A stretch of 64,000 bases of DNA from Cryomorphaceae bacterium (GTDB taxonomy: Bacteria > Bacteroidota > Bacteroidia > Flavobacteriales > Schleiferiaceae): the NCBI GenBank assembly GCA_007116495.1, contig SKIJ01000003.1, forward strand, positions 13,708-77,707, read 5' to 3'. The translations under genes were made by a program, and so were the position numbers. Shown here piece by piece: positions 29,802-39,919 of the stretch. The first letter of the stretch is position 1, and each line of letters begins with the position of its first letter. A model generated the notes under the pieces. The model saw nothing but the letters and a program-made list of their open reading frames with translations, did no database searches and was not told where the DNA came from.

Positions 29802-30337
29802 TGCATCAAGAAACAAAACGAATTGTTCTCACCGGTTGCCCTTCTAGTGGCAAAACGACCCTACTCAACCATATCATCACACTGGGCTATCATTGCTTCG
29901 AGGAGGTGTCGCGAGAAATTATCCAAGACTCCATGGACCGTGGATTAGACATTACACCTTGGCAAGATTTGGATGCGTTTTCATCGTTGGTATGGGAAAA
30001 GCGAATGCGCCAATATGGGCAAGCATCACCGGGATGGAACTTTTACGACCGCTCGCTGCTGGACGTTGTTGCTTACCAAGATTTAGACAACCAAAAGATT
30101 TCTACAGAATACGAACAAACAATGCGCGATTGTCGCTACGACGTCGTTTTTATTGCGCGACCTTGGCCCGACATATTCATCAACGATGAACACCGTCGAG
30201 AAGATTGGCAACAAGCACTTTCTGTTGATCAAGCGTTGATGAGTGCATACAAATCAAGAGGATATACACCCATAGTTTTGCCGGAAGTATCCGTTAAAGA
30301 GCGCGCTGAATTTGTGCTCAACCATTTAAGCCAATAG
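29801..30337 (+). CDS. AAA_28 / NadR-kinase-like P-loop ATPase.
   Basis: Walker A 'LTGCPSSGKTTLL'. Its size and 'FYDRSLLDVVAY' resemble the AAA_28 family. Its ATG shares one nucleotide with the upstream stop (TAATG). Confidence 0.65.
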   Translation: MHQETKRIVLTGCPSSGKTTLLNHIITLGYHCFEEVSREIIQDSMDRGLDITPWQDLDAFSSLVWEKRMRQYGQASPGWNFYDRSLLDVVAYQDLDNQKISTEYEQTMRDCRYDVVFIARPWPDIFINDEHRREDWQQALSVDQALMSAYKSRGYTPIVLPEVSVKERAEFVLNHLSQ

Positions 30338-30340
30338 GTT

Positions 30341-32239
30341 ATGGTTAAAGCACACGATATACTAAAGCAGTATTGGGGATTCAATTCGTTTCGGCCTTTG
30401 CAGGAAGATATCATATCGTCGGTGCTTGATGGGAGAGATACATTGGCACTTCTACCAACCGGTGGCGGAAAATCACTTTGTTATCAAGTACCAGCCATGT
30501 GTCTTCCCGGCGTTACAATCATCATTTCACCTTTGATCGCATTGATGAACGATCAGGTTCAACACCTCAAACGAATCGGGATCAACGCCATAGCCGTTCA
30601 CTCCGAATGGCGCAAACAAAAACTCGATATTGCCTTAGACAATATGGTTTCCGGAGCCTATAAAATGGTCTATGTATCGCCGGAAAGACTGCAATCTAAA
30701 GATTTCATCAGCCGAATTCAAAGTACCAACATATCGCTTATAGCTGTAGATGAAGCGCACTGCATCAGTCAGTGGGGGCACGATTTTCGGCCACCATATC
30801 GCGACATTGCAAAGTTGAGGGACTTGGTAGGCAGCAGTGTACCTGTAATGGCTCTAACTGCAACAGCTACTAAGGAAGTGGTTGATGACATTCAAAATTC
30901 GCTAGAATTTCGTGAAAAAAATGTTTTTCAAAAAAGTTTCTTTCGTTCAAAACTAACATATTCTGTCTACTACACCGAGGATAAATACAAGCACCTTGTA
31001 AACATATTTCAAAAAATGCAAGGGTGTGGTATTGTTTACGCACGCAGCAGAAAGCGCACTCAAGAGCTTGCCGATATACTCAACAAAAACCGCATTAGTG
31101 CTCTTCCCTACCACGCCGGTATGTCTCCACGAGAACGAACAGAAAATCAAGATGCATGGATGAAAAACCGCGTACGGGTAATGGTAGCTACCAACGCATT
31201 TGGAATGGGCATCGACAAACCTGATGTGCGATTGGTCATTCATTTAGAGGCTCCACCCAGTCCTGAAGAATACTTCCAAGAAGCTGGTCGTGCAGGACGG
31301 GATGGCAATCAAGCTTGGGGGGTAATGCTAAGCGCTAAGGGTGATTCCGGCGTATTAAAGCGCAGGTACTTATCAAGTATTCCCACTGTAGAAGAAGTGC
31401 AAAACATCTACGACCAACTAAATCGCTACATGGGCATTGCCTTTGGAGCAGGTGCGGGAAAGCCATATGCGTTTGACATTTTTGACTTTACACGCAAGCA
31501 AAAAATTCACGAAGGGAAGGCCTATGAAGTACTAAAAGTTATGGAACGCGAAGGCATCATAACGATGAGCGATGGCTTCTGGGAGTTTTCACGCTTAAAA
31601 ATTCTCAGCTCCCCTACAGCACTTTACGACGAAAGTTTGCGCAATGAAAAGAGCGAAAAGGTTATTAAGACCATGCTTCGTATGTACGAGGCATTACACG
31701 TTGACTACAAAAAAATAAGAGAGAGTGATTTAGCTGATCGGAGTGGAATCACGTTATTTGATGTAAAACAAGTTCTTAAAAACTTGAGTACAAAAAAACT
31801 ACTATCATACCAAGCATCTACAGGTAAACCAGCCATACTTTTCACATTTGGACGCGTAAAAGAAAAAGACCTAAGAATCGATCGTAAAGCCTACAACACT
31901 TACACCAAGACTAGGAGAAATCGCGTTGAGGCAATAATTGATTATTTGTCAGAATCTCGTCGATGCAGAGCAGTACAACTGTTGGACTATTTCGGAGAAG
32001 AGCTTCAAAACAATTGTGGTAGGTGTGATGTGTGTAGGAAAGAAAAGAAAACCAAAATCATTTCAGAAGACGCTGTTTTAAAATGGGTGGAACGCAACCC
32101 ACCAAGCCGTATAGATGACATTGCTGAACACATGGGATTGGCTCGAGTAGATTTACTCAAATCAACTATCGACACACTTTTGGTTAAAAATAAGATTTTT
32201 AGAAACGAGAAAGGACAACTTCAAATTGATGACAAATGA
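30341..32239 (+). CDS. recQ: ATP-dependent DNA helicase, RecQ family.
   Basis: 'LLPTGGGKSLCYQVPA', 'DEAHCISQWGHDFRPPY', 'ALTATAT', 'VATNAFGMGIDKPDVR', 'QEAGRAGRDG' and the Zn-binding 'CRAVQLLDYFGE...CGRCDVC'. Confidence 0.9.
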   Translation: MVKAHDILKQYWGFNSFRPLQEDIISSVLDGRDTLALLPTGGGKSLCYQVPAMCLPGVTIIISPLIALMNDQVQHLKRIGINAIAVHSEWRKQKLDIALDNMVSGAYKMVYVSPERLQSKDFISRIQSTNISLIAVDEAHCISQWGHDFRPPYRDIAKLRDLVGSSVPVMALTATATKEVVDDIQNSLEFREKNVFQKSFFRSKLTYSVYYTEDKYKHLVNIFQKMQGCGIVYARSRKRTQELADILNKNRISALPYHAGMSPRERTENQDAWMKNRVRVMVATNAFGMGIDKPDVRLVIHLEAPPSPEEYFQEAGRAGRDGNQAWGVMLSAKGDSGVLKRRYLSSIPTVEEVQNIYDQLNRYMGIAFGAGAGKPYAFDIFDFTRKQKIHEGKAYEVLKVMEREGIITMSDGFWEFSRLKILSSPTALYDESLRNEKSEKVIKTMLRMYEALHVDYKKIRESDLADRSGITLFDVKQVLKNLSTKKLLSYQASTGKPAILFTFGRVKEKDLRIDRKAYNTYTKTRRNRVEAIIDYLSESRRCRAVQLLDYFGEELQNNCGRCDVCRKEKKTKIISEDAVLKWVERNPPSRIDDIAEHMGLARVDLLKSTIDTLLVKNKIFRNEKGQLQIDDK

Positions 32240-33195
32240 CAAAAGATAAACGACAATTGAACCGCATCGTATTTATGGGAACACCTGATTTTGCGGTTGC
32301 ATCGCTCCATGCGCTTTACGAAGCCGGTTTTAACGTAGTGGGCGTCTTGACCACACCTCCTAAAAATGCTGGCAGAGGGTTGAAAGAAAAAATGTGCGCA
32401 GTTCATAAAGCAGCTTTGCATCTTAATATTCCGGTATGCGCACCTAAATCACTGCGCGACGAAGACGTGACTAAAACAATTGCTTCATGGAATGCTGACC
32501 TGGGTGTAGTTGTTGCCTTTAAAAAATTACCACTCAGCATTTACGGTGCTCCTAGACTGGGTACCTTCAATCTTCACGCCTCTCTTCTACCCGATTACCG
32601 AGGTGCTGCACCAATCAATCGCGCCATCATGAATGGTGAAACGCAAACAGGTATTACCACCTTCCTTCTCAATGACAAAATCGACGAGGGTAATATCCTC
32701 CACAGCCAATCAATAGCGATAGAGGAAAATGAGACAGCCGGTGAACTCCATGACAAAATGATGCATTTGGGTGCAAAATTGGTCGTAAAAACTGCCGACG
32801 ATTATGTAAGTGGTGTTGTGAAACCTAAACCACAAGAAAGCGATTCAAAAAAAACTGCACCCAAGATTTTTCGAGAAGATACCAGAATTGATTGGTCTAA
32901 ATCCATCGATGAAATACACAATCACATAAGAGGGTTGAGTCCATACCCCGGCGCATTTACCGAAATAAGCAGTCCAAAACAAACGGAAGTAAAATTATTT
33001 CGATCTAAAATCATTAACCGATTGAAAAACGATTCATCTATTAAACACATCAGAAATGAATCATGGACGGTAGAATTAAAAGATGGCACCATTGAAATCA
33101 TCGATATACAACCAAAGGGAAAGCGTAGAATGGCTACAACCGACTGGCTTAATGGACTTCCAAAAGGTGAAATCAAGACCGATAACCACACGTAA
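32236..33195 (+). CDS. fmt: Methionyl-tRNA formyltransferase.
   Basis: 'IVFMGTPDFAV' and 'NLHASLLPDYRGAAPINRAIMNGE'. Confidence 0.92.
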   Translation: MTKDKRQLNRIVFMGTPDFAVASLHALYEAGFNVVGVLTTPPKNAGRGLKEKMCAVHKAALHLNIPVCAPKSLRDEDVTKTIASWNADLGVVVAFKKLPLSIYGAPRLGTFNLHASLLPDYRGAAPINRAIMNGETQTGITTFLLNDKIDEGNILHSQSIAIEENETAGELHDKMMHLGAKLVVKTADDYVSGVVKPKPQESDSKKTAPKIFREDTRIDWSKSIDEIHNHIRGLSPYPGAFTEISSPKQTEVKLFRSKIINRLKNDSSIKHIRNESWTVELKDGTIEIIDIQPKGKRRMATTDWLNGLPKGEIKTDNHT

Positions 33196-33224
33196 ATTGG
33201 TCTAAACGACCATAAACCAAAACC

Positions 33225-33258
33225 TTTTATTAACAATTCATGTGTTTTATTAACAATT
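33225..33258 (+). repeat. Two direct copies of ttttattaacaatt, spaced 20 nt start to start, upstream of the HU promoter.
   Basis: The 14-mer occurs at 33225-33238 and again at 33245-33258, read directly from the sequence. Confidence 0.8.
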
Positions 33259-33303
33259 TCACGAAAAAAGGCCTTTAACTCTTGTAGAATAAGGGTTTCC
33301 GAC

Positions 33304-33311
33304 TATATTTG
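33304..33311 (+). promoter_or_regulatory. -7 promoter box (TATATTTG) for the HU gene.
   Basis: TAnnTTTG match 28 nt upstream of the ATG at 33340. Confidence 0.5.
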
Positions 33312-33339
33312 TTGTGTATTAATCTTAAAACTATTTGAT

Positions 33340-33612
33340 ATGAACAAATCTGAACTCATTGATGCAATGGCTGCTGATGCCGGAATCAGCAAAGCAGAGG
33401 CAAAAAAAGCATTAGACTCTTTCACCAACAACGTCAGTGGCGCGTTGGCCAGTGGAGACCGCATCTCACTTATCGGCTTTGGTACATTCTCTGTATCTAA
33501 TCGTGCTGCTCGTGAAGGACGTAACCCACAAACTGGTGAAACGATTAAAATTGCTGCTAAAAACGTAGCAAAATTCAAGCCTGGATCTGAATTAACCAAT
33601 CGCTTGAATTAA
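33340..33612 (+). CDS. hup: HU-family DNA-binding protein.
   Basis: 'MNKSELIDAMAADAGISKAEAKKALDSF...GFGTFSVSNRAAREGRNPQTGETIKIAA' is a canonical HU sequence. Confidence 0.95.
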   Translation: MNKSELIDAMAADAGISKAEAKKALDSFTNNVSGALASGDRISLIGFGTFSVSNRAAREGRNPQTGETIKIAAKNVAKFKPGSELTNRLN

Positions 33613-33635
33613 TAAAGTCTACTTCAAATCAGATT

Positions 33636-33664
33636 AAAAAGCCCCTCAGTTGAGGGGCTTTTTA
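33636..33664. terminator. Bidirectional rho-independent terminator (HU / fabH).
   Basis: aaaaa-gcccctc-agtt-gaggggc-ttttt: a perfect GC-rich stem flanked by an A-run and a T-run. Confidence 0.85.
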
Positions 33665-33675
33665 TTTACAGCATT

Positions 33676-34677
33676 TTACCATTTCAACAGTGCTGATGCC
33701 CATGTAAATCCACTACCAAATGCAGCCAAGCAAATCAAGTCACCCGACTTAATACGACCTTCTTCCCATGCCTCACTCATTGCAATAGGAATGGATGCTG
33801 CTGTAGTATTACCGTAGCGCATGATATTGTTGTATACCTGATCGTCTCGCATTTGCAACTTATTTTGAATGAATTGACTAATTCGAAGATTGGCTTGATG
33901 AGGTATGAGTAAGTCAATATCTGAAATGGTTGCATTATTGGTTTGCAAAGCCTCCATAATAACTTCTGAAAAACGAACAACCGCATGTTTAAAGACAAAG
34001 TTACCGTTCATGTATGGAAAATATGATATGTCGTCAGGGTCTTTGTTTTGCATAATAGTAGGCACCCATCGCTTCGTATTTGGAGCAATAAGAGCCAACT
34101 CCTCTGCATGCTTTCCTTCACTGTGTAAATGCGTTGATAAAACCCCTTCCTCGCCATCTTCTGCGCGTTTGAGTACCACCGCACCAGCACCGTCTCCAAA
34201 TATTACCGAAACGCCACGCCCACGCGTTGTCATGTCTAATCCACCGCTATGTAATTCCGAACCGATCAACAAAATTGTTTTATACATTCCCGTTTTAATA
34301 AACTGATCGGCAACTGATAAGCCATAAACAAAGCCCGAACACTGATTGCGCACATCCAAGGCACCGACTTCTTTTAATCCCAACTGTTCTTGAACAAGTA
34401 CTCCAGGGCCGGGAAAATAATAATCCGGACTAAGCGTGGCAAAAATGATAAAATCGATTTCACTTTTATCAATACCTGCGCGCTCAATTGCGCGTTCAGC
34501 TGCACGCGTTCCCATAGAAGACGTGGAGTCGTTTGGCCCGGCAAATCGCCGCTCTTTTATACCAGTTCGTTCGGTTATCCACTCATCATTGGTGTCAATG
34601 GTTTTTGATAAGTCATTGTTGGTAACAATATTATCAGGTACGTAATGGGCTACGCCCGAAATTTTAGTTGTATACAT
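33676..34677 (-). CDS. fabH: 3-oxoacyl-ACP synthase III.
   Basis: 'RNQCSGFVYGL' (active-site Cys), 'PHQANLRI' and 'GNTTAASIP'. The ATG at 34677 ('MYTTKISGVAHYVPDN') is the conventional N-terminus and has a TACATTTG box upstream. The track start at 34788 would overlap the divergent fur-like gene. Confidence 0.9.
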   Translation of the reverse strand: MYTTKISGVAHYVPDNIVTNNDLSKTIDTNDEWITERTGIKERRFAGPNDSTSSMGTRAAERAIERAGIDKSEIDFIIFATLSPDYYFPGPGVLVQEQLGLKEVGALDVRNQCSGFVYGLSVADQFIKTGMYKTILLIGSELHSGGLDMTTRGRGVSVIFGDGAGAVVLKRAEDGEEGVLSTHLHSEGKHAEELALIAPNTKRWVPTIMQNKDPDDISYFPYMNGNFVFKHAVVRFSEVIMEALQTNNATISDIDLLIPHQANLRISQFIQNKLQMRDDQVYNNIMRYGNTTAASIPIAMSEAWEEGRIKSGDLICLAAFGSGFTWASALLKW

Positions 34678-34725
34678 AAGTGTGAAATTTTCATTCGCAA
34701 TATACGGGAAACATTCACAATTCAA

Positions 34726-34733
34726 CAAATGTA
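34726..34733 (-). promoter_or_regulatory. -7 promoter box (TACATTTG) for fabH.
   Basis: TAnnTTTG match on the minus strand, about 48 nt upstream of the ATG at 34677. Confidence 0.45.
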
Positions 34734-34752
34734 AATCCACAGTCCTATACCA

Positions 34753-34774
34753 TATATTTGCTTTTTTAATTTTG
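34753..34774 (+). promoter_or_regulatory. Two candidate -7 boxes (TATATTTG at 34753-34760 and TAATTTTG at 34767-34774) for the Fur-family gene and purA.
   Basis: Both match TAnnTTTG. The upstream box is better spaced relative to the ATG at 34777. Confidence 0.4.
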
Positions 34775-34776
34775 CT

Positions 34777-35250
34777 ATGAGCAACCACGATTTTGAAGCG
34801 GTCAAAAATGTCTTTACCAAGTATTTAGAAGATAACGGCCACCGAAAAACACCAGAGCGATACGCCATTCTTGAGGAGATTTACGCCAAAGAAGACCACT
34901 TTGACGTAGAGACGTTGTACGTATCGATGAAAAATAAAAACTACCGTGTTAGTCGTGCTACACTCTACAATACGATTGATCTGCTTTTAGAAAGCCACCT
35001 TTTGCGCAAACATCAGTTTGGGAAAAATCAGGCGTTCTATGAAAAATCGTTTTACAATAGACAGCACGATCACATCATTTGCTTAGATACAAATGAAATC
35101 ATCGAATTTTGTGATCCGCGCATTCAACAAATTCGCGACACCATAGAAGAAATTTTTGGCGTTGAAGTAGAATCTCATTCTCTTTACTTTTACGCCAATA
35201 GACATCCAAAAAAAGACAACCAACAAACCAACGCTTCAAGCGAATCATGA
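34777..35250 (+). CDS. Fur-family transcriptional regulator lacking CxxC pairs.
   Basis: Winged-helix part '[13 protein letters not shown]...HFDVETLY...[19 protein letters not shown]', then '[16 protein letters not shown]'. No paired CxxC motifs are visible. Overlaps purA by 4 nt. Confidence 0.75.
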   Translation: MSNHDFEAVKNVFTKYLEDNGHRKTPERYAILEEIYAKEDHFDVETLYVSMKNKNYRVSRATLYNTIDLLLESHLLRKHQFGKNQAFYEKSFYNRQHDHIICLDTNEIIEFCDPRIQQIRDTIEEIFGVEVESHSLYFYANRHPKKDNQQTNASSES

Positions 35251-36536
35251 GCAACATTGACGTACTATTAGGTCTCCAATGGGGAGATGAGGGAAAAGGT
35301 AAAATTGTAGACGTGCTAACACGTGAATACGACATCATTGCTCGCTTTCAGGGCGGGCCTAATGCTGGTCACACCTTGGAGTTCGAGGGAATAAAACACG
35401 TGTTACACACGATACCATCCGGTATTTTCCACGCCAAAGCAACCAATTTAGTGGGAAACGGTGTGGTGATAGATCCCGTAATTTTTCTCAAGGAAATTGA
35501 CGCCCTTAAAAAAATCGACCCAGTAGCGCAAGATCGCTTGATGATTTCTCGTAAAGCACACCTTATTCTGCCTACACATAGACTTCTTGACGCTGCTTCC
35601 GAGCAGGCAAAAGGAAAGTCCAAAATTGGCAGTACATTAAAAGGCATCGGGCCAACGTACATGGATAAAACAGGTAGAAATGGCATTCGTGTTGGCGACA
35701 TTGAACAACCATATTTTTTAGAAAAGTATAAAAACCTCGTAGAAAAACATCTCCAGTTGTTAGACAACTACGCCTTTGATATATCACCTCTCAAAGTCAT
35801 GGAAGCTGAATGGATGGATGCCATTGAGAAGTTCCGGGGATTATCACTCACCGACAGTGAATATTTTTTGATTAATCAAATGAACAAGGGTAAGCGCATT
35901 TTAGCTGAAGGCGCTCAAGGCTCTCTTCTCGACATCGACTTTGGAAGCTATCCGTATGTAACATCATCGACAACAACCGCTGCCGGGGCGTGCACCGGAT
36001 TAGGTGTTGCGCCAAACAAAATCAATCGCGTTATCGGTATTTTCAAAGCATACTGCACGCGCGTTGGCAGTGGCCCCTTCCCTACCGAACTCTTCGATCA
36101 AGATGGAGAACAGCTTCGCGTTGATGGTAATGAGTTTGGAAGTACTACCGGTCGTTCTCGTCGCTGTGGTTGGCTTGATCTACCCGCACTCAAATATGCA
36201 GTTGATGTGAATGGCGTTACTGAATTGATGATGATGAAGGCAGATGTGATGAGTTCCTTTGATACCATTAAGGTTTGTACCGGATATAAATATCACGGAA
36301 ACGACATCGATCACTTGCCTTACGCAACTGATCCGGACTTTTTAGAGCCTCAATATCAATCGCTAAAGGGTTGGTCGTGCGACCTCACTAAATTAAACGA
36401 TTGGAAAAAAGCACCACCGGAACTCATGGATTATGTTCGATTCATTGAAGATTATGTGGGCGTCTCCATATCACTTGTATCAGTAGGCCCTGATAGAGAG
36501 CAAACATTAAAAATTTCTACCATTGTGGAAGCTTAG
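35247..36536 (+). CDS. purA: Adenylosuccinate synthase.
   Basis: '[14 protein letters not shown]', 'GGPNAGHT' and '[14 protein letters not shown]'. Confidence 0.95.
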   Translation: MSNIDVLLGLQWGDEGKGKIVDVLTREYDIIARFQGGPNAGHTLEFEGIKHVLHTIPSGIFHAKATNLVGNGVVIDPVIFLKEIDALKKIDPVAQDRLMISRKAHLILPTHRLLDAASEQAKGKSKIGSTLKGIGPTYMDKTGRNGIRVGDIEQPYFLEKYKNLVEKHLQLLDNYAFDISPLKVMEAEWMDAIEKFRGLSLTDSEYFLINQMNKGKRILAEGAQGSLLDIDFGSYPYVTSSTTTAAGACTGLGVAPNKINRVIGIFKAYCTRVGSGPFPTELFDQDGEQLRVDGNEFGSTTGRSRRCGWLDLPALKYAVDVNGVTELMMMKADVMSSFDTIKVCTGYKYHGNDIDHLPYATDPDFLEPQYQSLKGWSCDLTKLNDWKKAPPELMDYVRFIEDYVGVSISLVSVGPDREQTLKISTIVEA

Positions 36537-36561
36537 GCTTGATTTTTGACTTCACACCCAT

Positions 36562-38100
36562 ATGATGGTTCCGCGAATATTTATTTGGGTTATTGCCCTT
36601 TCTTCGTTCGTTCCTACATCGGTATGGGGACAAAAAAAAATACTCATAAAACATGCTGATGTCGGTAAGTATGTATCGGGTAGAATTGCGCCTGAAGAAA
36701 AAAATACACTGATTGGAAATGTCCAATTTGAGCACGAAGGTGCTCTAATGGACTGTGATAGTGCGTGGCTTTTTTCGGCTACAAATACCTTAAAAGCATT
36801 TGGCAATGTAGTTGTTAACCAAGGAGATACCCTCTTCACCTACGGCGAATCTCTCGATTACAACGGAAATACCAAACAAGCAATCATGCGTAAGAACGTG
36901 CGCCTGATTGACGATAGTGTTCAACTGTTTACCGATGTCCTTTACTACGATCGTAATCAAGAACGTGCCTATTATACTACCGGAGGAAAAATCATTGATG
37001 ACCAAACAACCTTGACGAGTAAAGAAGGAGTTTATTTTAGTCAAACTAAATGGTATCACTTCCGAGGTGATGTAGAGGTCATAAACCCTGAATACATTAT
37101 AGAATGCGATACTATGCATTACCACACTGAAGATAAAGTAGCCCTGTTTAAAGGACCAACGACAATTACGGGTGATAGCAGCGACATATACTGTGAGAAT
37201 GGTTTTTACAATACAGTTACTGACATCGCCCAGTTTAATAAAAATGCCATCATTCGCGACAAAAACACCTTTCTTACCGGCGATAGTGTTTACTACGAAC
37301 AATTCAGAGGGTTTGGGCAAGCATTTGAAAACGTCGTCATCTACGATACAATAGAACACTATACCATTCGCGGACAGTACGGAGAGTATTTGAGGGAACC
37401 TGAGTATGCGTTTGTTACCGGATACCCCACCTATTCCATGAAAGTGGAAGACGACAGTTTGCATATTTATGGTGATACCCTTTACAGTAGAAAAGCCGAT
37501 ACTTTGGGCAACAAAATTGTTAATATTTGGCCGCGTGTAAAGTTTTTTAAAACCGATTTACAGGGTAAATGCGATTCACTGGTTTATCAAGACATAGATT
37601 CGGCTATATACATGTTTAAGGATCCCGTGGTATGGGATGACTCCACGCAAATCACAGGTAAACACATCATTGTAACCCTTAAGAATGACGCCTTGGATAG
37701 TTTAAAAGTGTACACCGACGCCTTCGTTATTTCTCATGAAGACTACGATTTCTACCATCAAGTAAAAGGAAGAGATATGTTTGGTAAGTTTATCGACGAC
37801 AACATAAAGCGCATCCTTGTGGTTGGTAATGGACAATCGCTTTACGTTATTCGAGAAGATGAAGACGAAGAAAACCCACCTTACGTAGGAGTTAATCGCG
37901 CTGAATGCAGTGAAATACTCATTGTTTTTGAAGACGGAGGTGATATCGACCAAATAACGTACATGAAGCAAGCTGAATCAAAAACCCATCCAATGGAACA
38001 AGTCGGGTCAGAATTACTTAAGCTGGATGGATTCTACCCTCGTTTTAAAGAACGACCAAAAACCCGTTGGGACATTTTTCCGAAAGACAAACCAAAATGA
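36562..38100 (+). CDS. OstA/LptA-like beta-jellyroll repeat protein, periplasmic.
   Basis: Signal peptide 'MMVPRIFIWVIALSSFVPTSVWG'. Repeated patterns such as 'GNVQFEHEGALMDCDSAW...AFGNVVVNQGDTLFTYGESLDY' are typical of OstA_N/LptA folds and are iterated along ~500 aa. Confidence 0.65.
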   Translation: MMVPRIFIWVIALSSFVPTSVWGQKKILIKHADVGKYVSGRIAPEEKNTLIGNVQFEHEGALMDCDSAWLFSATNTLKAFGNVVVNQGDTLFTYGESLDYNGNTKQAIMRKNVRLIDDSVQLFTDVLYYDRNQERAYYTTGGKIIDDQTTLTSKEGVYFSQTKWYHFRGDVEVINPEYIIECDTMHYHTEDKVALFKGPTTITGDSSDIYCENGFYNTVTDIAQFNKNAIIRDKNTFLTGDSVYYEQFRGFGQAFENVVIYDTIEHYTIRGQYGEYLREPEYAFVTGYPTYSMKVEDDSLHIYGDTLYSRKADTLGNKIVNIWPRVKFFKTDLQGKCDSLVYQDIDSAIYMFKDPVVWDDSTQITGKHIIVTLKNDALDSLKVYTDAFVISHEDYDFYHQVKGRDMFGKFIDDNIKRILVVGNGQSLYVIREDEDEENPPYVGVNRAECSEILIVFEDGGDIDQITYMKQAESKTHPMEQVGSELLKLDGFYPRFKERPKTRWDIFPKDKPK

Positions 38101-38672
38101 TGACCGCTTTTCTGATTTGTATCGCAATGGCAGCTGTACCCGATTCACTTCTTGACGAATCGGTGTTTCAACGCACCATTGAACAAAATACCGATTTTGA
38201 CATTCAGGATGCAGAGCTGTTATTAAACATTGGCATCTATCACCGAATAAATGTTTACCGTGTAGAAAAAGGAAAATCAACCTTGAGGTGGAATGACAAT
38301 TTGATGAACACCGCCGGCTTACACAGCAAAGAAATGTATGAACGTGATTTTTTCTCCCATGTCAATCCTAAAAATAAAGCACTTCGAAATGTAGACGATC
38401 GACTTAAATATGCAAAAGCAGATTTCAATACATTTGGAGAGAACATTGCTTTTTTTGACGAACCACTGCCCGATGAAAAAACCTTGACAAACGAGCTGTT
38501 ACAACAATGGATTGACGGTATCTTTACACAGTGGCGAACAAGTAAAGGCCACCGAAAAAATATGCTGCGTGATGCGTTTAAACAAACCGGAATTTCATGC
38601 TATCTTAGCGTTGAAAACGTTAACCAAACGCATCGCGTTATTGTGCATGCAACAAATGTGTTTACCGACTAA
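38097..38672 (+). CDS. CAP/SCP (PR-1-like, YkwD-like) domain protein.
   Basis: 'YHRINVYRVEKGKSTLRWNDNL...HSKEMYERDFFSHVNP...GENIAF...WRTSKGHRKNML' are CAP-domain motifs. The ATG at 38097 overlaps the upstream stop (ATGA) and gives a hydrophobic N-terminus. Confidence 0.75.
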   Translation: MMTAFLICIAMAAVPDSLLDESVFQRTIEQNTDFDIQDAELLLNIGIYHRINVYRVEKGKSTLRWNDNLMNTAGLHSKEMYERDFFSHVNPKNKALRNVDDRLKYAKADFNTFGENIAFFDEPLPDEKTLTNELLQQWIDGIFTQWRTSKGHRKNMLRDAFKQTGISCYLSVENVNQTHRVIVHATNVFTD

Positions 38673-38683
38673 TAAAACTAGAT

Positions 38684-39919
38684 ATGCGACTACTTCTTAG
38701 TGTAGCTTTAATCATTATACTCCATCTCGATGCACAGGCGCAAAGACGTGTGCGATTTATTGAAGTTGACAATATAGAAGAATGGGAAGACATACTTGAA
38801 TTGAGTCGCAACAACAAGCGTCTTATGTTCATAAACGTTTGTTCTCCTTGGAGTGAAGTTTGCACTTATATGCGCAGTAATACATTTCGAGATCGTGAAT
38901 TGGCTCGCTTTTTAGGCAACGACTACATACCAGTTTACATTCAAGGCGATTCTGAGTTTGGGTCCGTCTGGAGCGATCGGTACGATGTAAGTGCTTTTCC
39001 CATGATGTTTTACATGACTCCCGGTGAGCGCATCGTTGCGCGTCTTGAAGGGTTTCAAGAAACAGCCACCATTATGGATTCGGGCAAACGCGCGATGACT
39101 GTTTATCGCGAATACCCGCGATTGAGAAGAGCGTACATAGAGGGAGGGCTCTCTCCAAAAGGGTTTCGCGAATTGATCAATCTAGAATTAGCCAACGAAG
39201 GCCCTGAAAGTGCTCGTCCCTTGTTCAACGAATTAATCTCCGGGAAATCGAAGGATCTGTGGTCTAATCCGGAGAATCTGAAGCTAATCGTAACATTTGG
39301 TTCAGCTCCCGGTGAGGACATTTTTTCATATGTTATTGAGAATAGGGAGCAATTGCTGATGAATGATAATTTCAATAAGGAAACATACTTTGAGAATAGT
39401 TTCAATCACACTATGGCCATTGCCGTAAAAAACAAAGACATTAATCTACTAAAGCGAGCAGAAGAGCAGCTGTTTTTATTTACCGATCTAAACAGCAATG
39501 AACAAAGAGAAATGATTGCAGAAATGTACCGCACATTTCATTTGCAAACCGGCGATTGGAACGCCTTTAGAGAGCACGTTGAAATGATGGCAAATAGTGC
39601 CTCCAGTGAAGAAACCGTTCTCGCATTAGAAGCGCGATTCATCATTGAGAACTTCTTAGAACCCGACGCTCTAAACGCAGCGATAAAGTTGATGCGAAAA
39701 TCCATTGACATGCGCGATCGGTTTACGAAGCGCCAGTACCTTGCAGATGCATATTTAAAACTTAAAGACTTTGATAAGGCTGTAGCTGTTCTTGAGGAAG
39801 CAAAAGAAAAAATCCGTGACCCCTACGATCAATACGAGGTTAATGAACTGATAAGGAGAATACGTCAGTTTGAACGTGAAGAACAATCCAAACAAAACGA
39901 GAAAAAGTCTGGCGAGTAA
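38684..39919 (+). CDS. Thioredoxin-fold N-terminal domain protein with a helical (TPR-like) C-terminal region.
   Basis: A signal-like N-terminus followed by 'KRLMFINVCSPWSEVCTYM...YIPVYIQGD...VSAFPMMFYMTPGERI', which has the layout of thioredoxin-like (Thioredoxin_7-type) domains but has no CxxC. The C-terminal half is helical. Confidence 0.5.
   Translation: MRLLLSVALIIILHLDAQAQRRVRFIEVDNIEEWEDILELSRNNKRLMFINVCSPWSEVCTYMRSNTFRDRELARFLGNDYIPVYIQGDSEFGSVWSDRYDVSAFPMMFYMTPGERIVARLEGFQETATIMDSGKRAMTVYREYPRLRRAYIEGGLSPKGFRELINLELANEGPESARPLFNELISGKSKDLWSNPENLKLIVTFGSAPGEDIFSYVIENREQLLMNDNFNKETYFENSFNHTMAIAVKNKDINLLKRAEEQLFLFTDLNSNEQREMIAEMYRTFHLQTGDWNAFREHVEMMANSASSEETVLALEARFIIENFLEPDALNAAIKLMRKSIDMRDRFTKRQYLADAYLKLKDFDKAVAVLEEAKEKIRDPYDQYEVNELIRRIRQFEREEQSKQNEKKSGE

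Noticed and set aside
36790-37464. 224-aa minus-strand ORF.
   Set aside because: It lies entirely antisense to the OstA-like gene, which has clear family motifs and a signal peptide. Its composition is low in complexity, typical of a shadow ORF.
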